A stretch of DNA of 64,000 nucleotides from Anthoceros angustus (lineage: Eukaryota > Plantae > Anthocerotophyta), in NCBI GenBank assembly GCA_010909165.1, contig MU008171.1, positions 868,001-932,000 on the forward strand, read 5' to 3'. The notes under the pieces are model-generated. The model was not told the DNA's origin. It saw only the letters and a list, made by a program, of their open reading frames with translations, and searched no databases. Within the stretch, counting starts at the first letter, position 1. Each line of letters begins with the position of its first letter. Positions 1-9,649 of this stretch are shown one piece after another. A program made the position numbers and the translations under genes.

Positions 1-27
1 GCAACGCGCTCGAGGAGGAAAAGGAGA

Positions 28-1482
28 TTGCCACCAAGAAGAAGAGAAAAGCCGGAGAGGCGTAGGCTCAAGGAAGAAGGCGAAGGTGGACGCACCACTG
101 TGTCAAGAAGGGCGCCCAGAGAAAAGCTTAAGAAAATGAGGGCCAAACGGCAGATTGATTCGGCGGAGGAGGAGGCGCGATCCGAGGAAGAAAATTTTGC
201 TGACCTAGATGCAGATGACGAACCGACCCCGGAAGGATTAGGGTTGACCTCAACAGCGGACCCCTCCTCGGGATGGGAAGAGATTTTCCAGGGAACTCCA
301 TTGGCAACAGAGGTCGACGCGGCAGAATTGGTTAGAGTGCGCACCCTACTGGGAAGGAAGGTGCTCGACATGGGAATGGCGTCCAAAGCGGGGCCTCCTC
401 AACAGGTGGATTTGTAGGAGCTAACCACATCTATGATCCGGGCCCAGTCAGATTTGTTGGACCAAGCTGCGTTAGCCCTCACATGGCTCAGCGTGCAAGG
501 GCGGCGAGAGGAAGTGGTGAGGGCCCGATTTGAGGAGGAGGAGGCTAAGCGAAAGCAGCTGGAGGAGGATAAGCGGACCCTGGAGGAGATGAGGGTAAAA
601 ATTCAGGAGGATTTGTGCAGGGCCCAAGAGGAGTTGCAGTCCATGACGAGTCAGCAGGAAGCGCTCATGGCCCAGATCAAGGATGCCCACGAGGCGAATC
701 AAGAAATGCAAGGGGAATTGTTGCGAGCCCAAGAACAAGAGGCAGCCTTTGTGGAGAAGGCCCATAAGTTGGCGGACCGGTACAAGCGAGATGAGAGGCA
801 CGTGGCCGAGCCGAAGGAGAAGGGAAAGGGAAGCAAGCAGTCCACACGGGGTAGTGGAAGGGACTATCAAGGAAAGGAAGGAGCAACCGAGGTAGCCGAA
901 ACACCTACCAGAGTCGCCGAACAGACGATGGTCGTAGAGTCCACTACTGCGGTAGCAAAAATGGCTACCGACACCGGGGAGCCCAACTCTGAAGCGGCCA
1001 CGAGCGGCGCAACTCGACGCAACGTAACATCTTGCGAGGGCATGGATCAGGCAACCAGGGGTAGCCCACGGGAGGAGGGGGTAAGCACCTCAGCTACAGT
1101 AGGGGGTCCTATTATGTTGCGGCACATGGATGAGGAAACTTATGTTCCTGGTCTATATGTGAATGGGGAACGCGTGCTTAACCTCACTGTCCATGTGCGT
1201 GTGGAAATAGGAGGGATCAGGGCCTATCTTCTGCAAGTGAGGACCCGAAGTGGATACTTCTTCCACCGCTCGAGTGTGGGGATTGGCCCCCTATTATGCG
1301 GAGGCGATTTTGGAGGAGCTGACGGAAGAAGAAGTCCAGGCATGGGTGGACGAAGAGCCTGTAATAATCCTCAAAGAATAAAGGCGACAGGCCGGAGTGA
1401 GTGGGAGCTCAAGGAGATACCCCGATTAGGGACGCCCACTCAGCGAGTAGTGAGGTGGAGGTCTTATGGGAGGACCCGCTGA
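28..1482 (+). other. GC-rich ORFs (129 aa, 349 aa) with charged/coiled-coil-like segments; probably a retroelement accessory region, product unknown
   Basis: Long open frames rich in E/K/R/Q heptad-like runs. No recognisable domain. Lies in a TE nest and is partly duplicated in tandem. Confidence 0.25.
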
Positions 1483-2975
1483 TCGGGCGGTGAGGGCTCG
1501 AGGCGGCGGAGGACTAAGGACCAGGCGACCAAGTCGGGAAGGGCGAGATAGCGAGGGCAATAGGTGATAGCATCCTAGGAATGGAATTTGGTTGGGGATG
1601 CCACATCGACCTAAGATCGCTGGAATTGTAGGCGCTCTTCAAGGAGCAGTCGCTTTTAGAACCGAAAACTGGGGCTATGACGCCCCACCGATGTGGCCAA
1701 AAGGGGCCACCAGCCCGCCACAATGACACTTCCGTTGAGATCCCCACGCCTGTGGGTTGCTGAGACGTCCGATTGATGTAGGCGAGCGCGACGCCTCCTG
1801 GGTGGTGGAGGAGGATAAGCGGACCCTAGAGGATGAGGGTAAAAATTCGGAGGATTTGTGCAGGCCCAAGAGGAGTTCTGGGTCCATGGCCGGGCAGTGA
1901 GGCTCCGAGATCAAGGATGCCTACGAGGCTAATCAATCAAGGGGTGTTGCGAGCCCAAGAACAAGGCGTGCTTTGTGGAAGGCCCATAGGTTGGCGGACC
2001 GGGCAAGCGAGGAGGCGGGATGAGGCACGTGGCGAGCCGAGGAAGGAGAGGGAAAGGGCGGCGGGTCCACGGTGGGGTAGTGGAAGGGACTCTAGAGAGG
2101 AAGGAGCAACCGAGTGGCAGGAAACACCTACCGAGTCGCCCGAGACATGGTCGTGAGTCCACTCTGCGGTAGCAAAAATGGCTCTGAGCAGAGCCTCGGC
2201 GCCACGGCGGCGGGGCGCAACCGACGCCTATCTCGAGGGCATGGATCGGCAACCGGGGGTAGCCCGGTGAGGAGGGGTAAGCACCTCGGCTCTGAGGGGG
2301 TCCTATTATGTTCGGCACATGGATGAAACTTATGTTCTGGTCTATATGTGAATGGGGCAACGTGCCTCACACTCCGTATGCGTGTGGAAATAGGAGGGAT
2401 CGAGGCCTATCTTCTACAAGTGAGGACCAGTGGATACTTCTTTCCCGCCCAGTGTGGGATTGGCCCCTATTATGCGGAGGCGATTTTGGAGGAGCGGAAG
2501 AAGAAGTCAGGCATGGGTGGACAAGAGCACCTTAATAATCTCGGCCAATAGGCGAAGTGAGTGGAGGGAGCTCAAGGCGAGATACCCCCGATTAGGACGT
2601 CCACTAGCGATAGTGAGGTGGAGGTCTTATGGGAGGACACTGTCGGATCGAGTGGCGGGAGGGCTCGGTGGCCAGCGGTGGGGCGAAGGCCAGGCGACCA
2701 AGTCGGGGAAGGGCGCGTAGATAGCGTAGGCAAATAGGTGATAGCATCCTAGGAATGGAATTTGGTTGGGGATGCCACACTGGACCTAAGATCGCTCGGA
2801 ATTGTAGGCGTCTCTTGATAGGTATTTTAGGACTCGAAAAACTGGGGCTATGGCGCCCCGGTGATGTACAAAGGGGCCAATTGTACCGCCATGACAGATA
2901 ATTTCCGGTTGAGATCCCCACGCTGCTGTGGCGGTTGGAGACGTCCAGATTGGCGAGGCGTGCGCGAGGCGGCTC
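562..2975 (+). repeat. Tandem duplication, unit ~1.25 kb
   Basis: ggaggaggataagcggaccct... occurs at ~562 and ~1807. ataggtgatagcatcctaggaatggaatttgg occurs at ~1560 and ~2733. Copies differ largely by small indels. Confidence 0.85.
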
Positions 2976-3810
2976 ACGTGGTCGAGCTTGCTCCGCAACT
3001 GAGGGAGGAAGGATGATAGAGCAATCCCGCTGACAAAGGAGGAGGAAATCAAGGGATTGGCGCGGGGCGGGTCTGGAGCTTGCTTGTAACGCCTGCTGTG
3101 ACGCCCGAGGGTTCTTCTTTCCTTCACCTTTGATCCTGATAGTTGTGTTCCGAAATCGGAAGAGTGTTGAGTGGTAGGTTGGAAGCTTGTGTGTGCATCA
3201 AGAAAGAGGAGGAGAGAAAGAGAGAGAAGAGATCGGGCGAAGGGGAGGTCGAGCACTGTATGCGATGCGAGGTGTGAGATCGAAAGTGGAGTAAGGAGGA
3301 GAACAAATTGTGAAAGTTGACAGTGGGAAATTGATGTGAGTGGATTGTGAAACTCAAACCGGTGCTGGCAGTGGAAAGTGCACAAGGGAAACAGCATTCC
3401 TGATGGAAATCGTGTGGCGTGGCGCCTTTTTGTGTGTGGATGTGTGTGTGGAGCGGGTGTGGGGTGTCCTAGGAACTCCCGTTCCTAGAAATCGGTGAGC
3501 ATGAAGAGTGAAGTGTAGAATAAAACCTGATCCGGAAGCAGGGGTCGCGGCCCGTGACAGGGATCCGCGGCGCCGTGCGCCCGAATTAAGTCGCTAGGGT
3601 TTGGTGTGGGACCCACCTCGGTAGTCGTAGCAACCACTCCGAGGTGAGAACCGCTGTAGTAGCCCGGAACTGGTCTCGGAGTGGATTGGCGGTGTGGAAT
3701 AGATCCGGGGTAGTAGTAGAGAGGGTAGGAAGAGTAGCGATGGCAGGTGCAGTCCCAACTTGGGCAAAGGTCAGTAGTGATAGAAGTTAGCGTCTCTTGG
3801 CACAAACCAT

Positions 3811-4256
3811 TGTCATGTCATAGTCCTTACACATCGGGTAATTGCTAATTACAACTAAAGAGCATATAGATAAGCATGGTTGTTAGGTAGAGAGCCTGTT
3901 GTGATGAATAAGCAAATGCAGCTTATTCATAATTAGGGTTAGAAGACGTGTGTCGAAATCGCTGCACTCGACCATGGACGGAGGAGCAAGATGAGCATCA
4001 TGATGTGAATCGCATGCGCTGGAGCTTGGACCGACGATAAAAGCGCAGGAGAGCAAGGCGATAGGTGGTTGTTAGAGTCTTCGTGCGCAAGCTAGTTATG
4101 GTAGCCACAATGAATCACATCAACTTTTGAGACAATCTGAGTTTGCTGCTATGCTTGAGTCACCACTTGAAAGCGATCGCTGGCGTTGCTTGCTGTGACG
4201 ATGAACTGCCAACCCCAAACGAGACTCAGCTGAGAATCGTATTACAGAGACTCGTG
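3811..4256 (+). repeat. Terminal repeat X1 (matches 12865-13302)
   Basis: gtcatgtc(c)atagtccttacacatcgggtaattg ... gactc/cctcgtg is shared with X2 over ~440 bp. Confidence 0.92.
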
Positions 4257-4295
4257 TTGTGATCCGATCCTTTGTTTTGTTTCGACCTACCTTTT

Positions 4296-4311
4296 ACTCT
4301 AACAACCACCT
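4296..4311 (+). promoter_or_regulatory. Candidate self-priming site: exact reverse complement of 4063-4078
   Basis: ACTCTAACAACCACCT (4296-4311) pairs with AGGTGGTTGTTAGAGT (4063-4078), which lies ~27 bp downstream of a TATA-like GATAAAAG (4036-4043). No convincing TGG-type tRNA PBS follows X1. Confidence 0.5.
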
Positions 4312-4959
4312 CGCACTGAGAGGGAGGCTAATTACGTGGTTTGTTTCCCGGTGGAGTTTGGCGCTGGTGTTTCGCGAGGACGGCATTGCTGGTTGACGCT
4401 TGATCAACTCGATCCCGGTTGCCCAGCGGCGGTGTCGAAATACGACTTACTTCGAATCTTCTGGTCAGGTGCTTGGATCGACTGCTGGTTGCATGTTGGA
4501 CTGAGGTTGATGTACTCTAGGGATTGAGCACTAGAGCTTACGGTGCTTGACACTTCCTTGGAGAGAAAGCTGAATTGTCTGAAAACCGAATTGGCCGTTC
4601 TGGAGGCGATGAGCCGAATCTTGATCGGCTGTTGAATTAGAGCACAAGGTTGAGCCGCCTCTGCTGAATTCGACACTTGGCACACTTGGTGATGCATGTT
4701 GATGAGGGAGTGGGGAATCGCACCGCTTGAGATCGAGAGTGGTGAGATCGCCGCCGACGGAGGAATTTTCACAGACGAGCGACAATTGTTGTGAAGCCTG
4801 GGTTGCAAGCTATTGAGGCAAGTGCAGTCTGCGGGAGAGCTCACTTCTAATCAGAGGGATTATGCGCTCGACTTGGTGATGCCGGTTGGTCTCCATTCTC
4901 GCTATTTTGCAAGAAGAAGAGGCTTGTGGACGATCACAGAGTCTAGTGGATCAGACGAC

Positions 4960-5920
4960 ATGGCCGAGCCAGGGTCATCGACATCCAGGGCAGAAAAGTT
5001 CTCGGGCAGACCTGGTACTCAGACTCTGCGTGATTTCAAGCTTTACTTCAATTTTCTAACCAGCCGGGTCAAGTTCAAACATGGCGCAGCCTTTACAATC
5101 GGTATATGTTTGAGCAACTCCCGGATACATGGCTGATGAAGCTTTGGATCTGTATGAGGCTCATTGTGAGAGACTGCTGAGTAGCACGCTTGCACCTAAT
5201 CCGCCTTTCGAAGCTTTGCGTGGCAATGCTTGTATGCTTTCAGCTGTTGCCACATCGTCGGGTATTGCCGGGACTATTTCTCCTACTAACCACCTACGGT
5301 GATTACCATGACGCCTCAAGAGAGGGCTGGCTATGGGGATTGCTGAAGTTATGGAGGTGCGCATGTGTTAATCTGTGAGGAGTTCTTCATCATCTTGGAG
5401 AAAGCTTTTCCATTCAAGACACGAGAAGATAGCGAGCTTGCCGCCTTCACTCTAAGAAAGGAGAGACGGTTCAGATGGATGGCCGAGGTCAAAAGTTACG
5501 GAAGGGACAGAATGCTTACGGATCGTGAGGTCGCATGTAAGTTTCTTAGTGCTTTGGAGACGAGCGTTGTTCCACTTTCGCTTGTTTACATCTTTAGTGG
5601 ATAAATACGGGACCAATATATGCTTGATCAAGTCTTCCAGAAGCGTAACGGAAGGCGGCATTCTCAGCATATGCTTATAAGCATACTAAGTCTTATGCAC
5701 ATTACCAACATATGTTTGCTAGCAAGAGTGTTGTGCTAGCTTGGTACATCTAAGCGTAACTCATGTGTTGAAGCCTAAGCTCGCCAAGGCGTTTCCAGAT
5801 CACTTTTTCACCCATCCGAATCATGGGGGAGTCTGAGCATCTCGCCAACAAGTGCTCTTGAGGCACTTTATTGCACACATTGCCACAAGACGGACATGTA
5901 GTTACCGCTTGTTTTTTCGT
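4960..5920 (+). pseudogene. gag: Ty3/gypsy gag (frameshifted) with CCHC zinc knuckle
   Basis: ATG 4960 MAEPGSSTSRAEKFSGRPGTQTLRDFK. Knuckle C-T-H-C-H-K-T-x-H-V-V-T-A-C at ~5874-5913. Confidence 0.7.
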
Positions 5921-7960
5921 AAACATCTTGAACGTCGTTATCAAAAGCATGGAGGTGGAGAAGCCGAGGTTGTCACTTCCACTCGCGCAACAGTGCACGG
6001 GCCGCCTTCACTGCTAGTCTGAAGGCCCCACTAAGAGCAAGCTTCGACGTGAGAAGGAGAAACGCAAAATTGCGGCCTCGAGAAGATGTCGACTTGAGAC
6101 GCCATGTCGGCCTCACTACTCGATGAGTGTGTTGACAAAGTTTGGCGCTAAGCCCCGGGCGATTGAGCTAATGCCTGTGATGCGGTGAGGAAGAAGACTA
6201 TGGAAGTCCTGTCCTGGTGTGTGCAGTACAGAAGATGCCAGAGGCATCCGAGGTGGTTACCGTAGTCGCACACAAGCGGACAACGGTGTTGCCCAAGCCA
6301 GCTACACGAATGCAGGCTGCCAGAGCTGTGATGCCACAATCTTTCGTTCCTTTGCCGCTAGGGACAGCTGCTTCATTGAGAGGGGCAGATCACCTGCCAC
6401 TTACAAACGAGCTGGAGGAACATAGCTCGAAGCCACAGGAGATGTTACACTTGGCTTCAACTTCGTGGCGGAAGGGAGACCTTGTTCAAAAGCTGATTCA
6501 CGCTCCATTATTCACTTTGGATGAGCTGGGGGTGGGATTGACTCAGGTTCATTCCATGCTTCAAGACGTGTTGGCCCCACGGCTGGCTCTAGAGAAGTCG
6601 GTCATGATGCCGATGTGCTAATGTGTTATCTTGTCAACCTCCGTAATCAACATGGGTTGACCAATTGACATCGCCCGGGCTGATGGCTTCCAGCTAAAAC
6701 ATGTCAAGGGCATCCGATGGTACAGCCTACCAATCGGTTGCAGATGCTGGTTAATCACACATTAGTGGATAATCGTGAAGGCCATGTCACTGTCAATGGA
6801 GTCGCTCCTAGAGTCGTTCTGTTAGACACAGGGGCCCAACCTGTCATCATAGGGCAAACATTGGCTGCTAGACTGCAGCTCATGGGCTCTGCTCTCAAGA
6901 GCTCAACCTGGAATATTCGTATCGCAATCCGTTGAGGCACTTTATTGCACACATTGCCACAAGGCCAGGACATGTAGTTCGTTTGTTTTGAAACATCTGA
7001 GCGTCGTTATCAAAAGCATGGAGGTGGAGAAGCCGAGGTTGTCACTTCCACTGCGCAGCGGTGCAGCTGCGTCTTGAGACTCTGTTAGTGCAGGCGGCTC
7101 CCACTAAGAGCAAGCTCGACGTGAGAAGGAGCAAAAGTGCGGTGGTCTTGAGAAGATGTCGGCAGGCGCCATGTCGGCTCTCACTACTCAGATGAGTGTG
7201 TTGACAGCAAGTTTGGCGGCTAAGCCAGCCGGGGCAGTTGAGCTAATATCTGTTCAGGACAGCGGTGAGGAAGAAGACTATGGAAGTCCTGTCCAGGTGT
7301 GTGCAGTGCAGAAGATGCCAGAGGCATCCGAGGTGGTTACCATAGCCGCAGCACACAAGCGGACAACGGTGTTGCCCAAGCCAGCTACGAATGCGGTGCC
7401 CGGTGATGCCACAATCTTTCGTTCCTTTGCCGCTAGACAGCTTCATTGAGAGGGGCAGATCACCGCCACTTACAAATGAGTGGAGGAACATAGCTCGAAG
7501 CCACGGAGATGTTACACTTGGCTTCAACCGTGGCGGAAGGAGACCTTGTTCAAAAGGCGATTCACGCTCCATTATTCACTTTGGATGAGCTGGGGTGGGA
7601 TTGACTCGAGTTCATTCCATGCTTCAAGGCGTGTTGGCCCCACGGTGCTCAGTCGGTCATGATCTTTGTGATGCGGGCTAATGTGTTATCTTGTCAACCT
7701 CCGAATCAACATGGGTTGACCAATTGACATCGGCCCAAGGGCTGGCTTCCGATTAACAAACATGTCACGAGGCATCCGATGGTACTGACCTACCAATCGG
7801 TTCTGCGATCTTGATTAATCACACATTAGTGGATAATCGTGAAGGCCATGTCATCCTGGAGTTGCTCCTAGAGTCGTTACATTGACACAGGGCCCAACCG
7901 TCATCATAGGGCAAACATTGGCTGCTGCAACTCATGGGCTCTCAAGAGCTCAACTGGAAT
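5858..7960 (+). repeat. Tandem duplication of the gag knuckle-to-protease segment, unit ~1.07 kb
   Basis: ttgaggcactttattgcacacattgccacaag occurs at ~5858 and ~6932. The protease DTG region is present twice (~6826, ~7883). Confidence 0.85.
6717..6935 (+). CDS. Retroviral-type aspartic protease (pol segment)
   Basis: RVVLLDTGAQPVIIG motif. Confidence 0.8.
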   Translation: MVQPTNRLQMLVNHTLVDNREGHVTVNGVAPRVVLLDTGAQPVIIGQTLAARLQLMGSALKSSTWNIRIAIR

Positions 7961-8555
7961 ATCGTCTGGCGGGGCCGTTGAGCCGGTCGAGGAGAAACAA
8001 TTTATCCCGTAGTTATTGCTTTACGACCGGGTTCTGCCGATGCTGTCACCATGGAGGTACACTGTCTCGTTTCCGCAGCCACCAGCTATGACATTCGCCG
8101 GGCGAGTTCATGTTTCTCCTGTAGTAGATAATCGGACAATAAAGCTTTATCTACCGACCGGGCGTGGAGGGCGCTGGCCTACATTCCTTGATCTTCATCA
8201 CCGCACTGCTGATGCCCATGTGATGACGGTGAGGCACGTTTGTGCAGCTCGGATCTAGCCAGTTTTGCCTAAGGATGACAGCCGGGTATCCTGGCTCTTT
8301 GAAGAGGAAGGCGAAGCACTCTCAAATACTGTGGTCGCCGATGAAGCATTGACTGCCAGCTTTTCAGCTACAATCCCTGAGGTTTTGAAGCCTGATGCAA
8401 CTTGGATGGATGCAGCTCGGGCTCATGTCATTTTTGCCATGGAACAATTTCACAAGGGGGCGGGTGCTGACGATAGCACACTGCCGATTGTAGTTATGCA
8501 TTCGGCATTGGAGCCACTTCACCGACAAGCGATTCGTGGACTACCCTTGTGATGG

Positions 8556-9450
8556 ATGTGTGTTGGTGGAGCTTTTGCGTGCATTGCTCGGTTGGAGGTA
8601 GCATTACGGCTGCCTATCAAAAAGTATATCTATCGTGATGTTGCTCACAGCGATAGCCATCTTCCGCTACAGCTTGAACAATTTCCAGCACTTTTGTCTC
8701 AGGATGCTTTCACCGCTTTGCCTCAAGACATTTTGCTGGTTCAGCCTTGTCACATTCGCCAATTAGCACATGTGGACCTGGTAGTGGCTGGCTGGGAATG
8801 TCAGGGTTTTTCTAGAGCTGGTGGAGGCGCTGGTTTGCAACACCCAGGAACTGGACTGTTTACTTCATTGGTTCAAGTGATGAGATGGATTCAGAATGCA
8901 TATCCCAGGGCTCTTTATGTGTTCGAAAATACGCCAGCTCATTTAGACCCGCGAGCTCAAGTTAAGCAGGATGCTGCTATCGTGCAGCATGTACTTGGAC
9001 CTCCTTTTGTTATGGACGCTGCACAAGTTGGCAGCTATGCTCATCGTTTGAGGAGTTATTGGACCAATTGGGCCCCTACAGCAGTGCTTCAACTGGCCTT
9101 GCGACATACCCAGAATCCTCGCCACCGCAGGATGTGCTTGACCCCAAGCATGTTCCGCGACCACTGCGTGGCCCGGAGCGAGCTCCTTGGTTCCCTACCA
9201 ATCACGTGGGTGAGCCGCGTCGTACGTTGCCTACACTGGTTAGTTTTTCTCCATCCTATGCGTATAGGGGGAATGGTCCAGGTTTGTTATTCAACACAGA
9301 TACTCACTGTTGGGAGGAGCCGTCCATCGCAGAGCGTGAACGCATCATGGGGTTTTCAACTCATGCCACTGCGGCTGCTGGGGTTTCTATTTCTGAACGT
9401 TGTGCTGCTGTTGGGCGAGCTATGGACTTGTTTGCTCTCACCTGGTTAGT
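8556..9450 (+). CDS. DNA (cytosine-5)-methyltransferase catalytic domain, DNMT3-like, embedded in pol (frameshifted in this sequence)
   Basis: Motif I remnant VLVEL(F)xG..GLEVALR (~8558-8610). Motif IV DLVVAGWECQGFSRAG (Cys codon 8799-8801). Motif VI YVFENT (8916-8933). Motif VIII DAAQVGSYAHRLRSYWTN (~9014-9068). Motifs IX/X ERERIMGF...VGRAMD (~9330-9428). All are in canonical order. Confidence 0.9.
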
Positions 9451-9649
9451 GAGCATTTGTCTCATGTTTCAAGTCTTGGCTCGACCGAATTTTTGTGGCA
9501 TGGCGAACAGGAGCCTTCCTAATCGCTATCCGATGCTACACTTGCCTTTTCCCTTGGATCAGACTTTTCAGACGGTAGGGGAACATGCAGCATGGAAACC
9601 CAAGCTCGCTTTTTCGGCTGAAGCTGATGCTGCTGATCCATTGTCGGCA

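Noticed and set aside
3485-3810. Continuation of the copia gag at 13481+ across the MTase element insertion
   Set aside because: The CCAT duplication suggests the flanks were once joined, but no copia protease or integrase motif is recognisable in the left flank, so continuity is unproven.
4357-4375. TGGCGCTGGTG as a tRNA PBS for the MTase element
   Set aside because: It is ~100 bp from the end of X1, not preceded by CA, and I cannot match it to a tRNA 3' end.
8556-9450. Host DRM/CMT/MET1 gene next to a TE
   Set aside because: No introns, no BAH/chromo/UBA regions, motif order is not permuted as in DRM, and it is in frame with RT inside the element boundaries.
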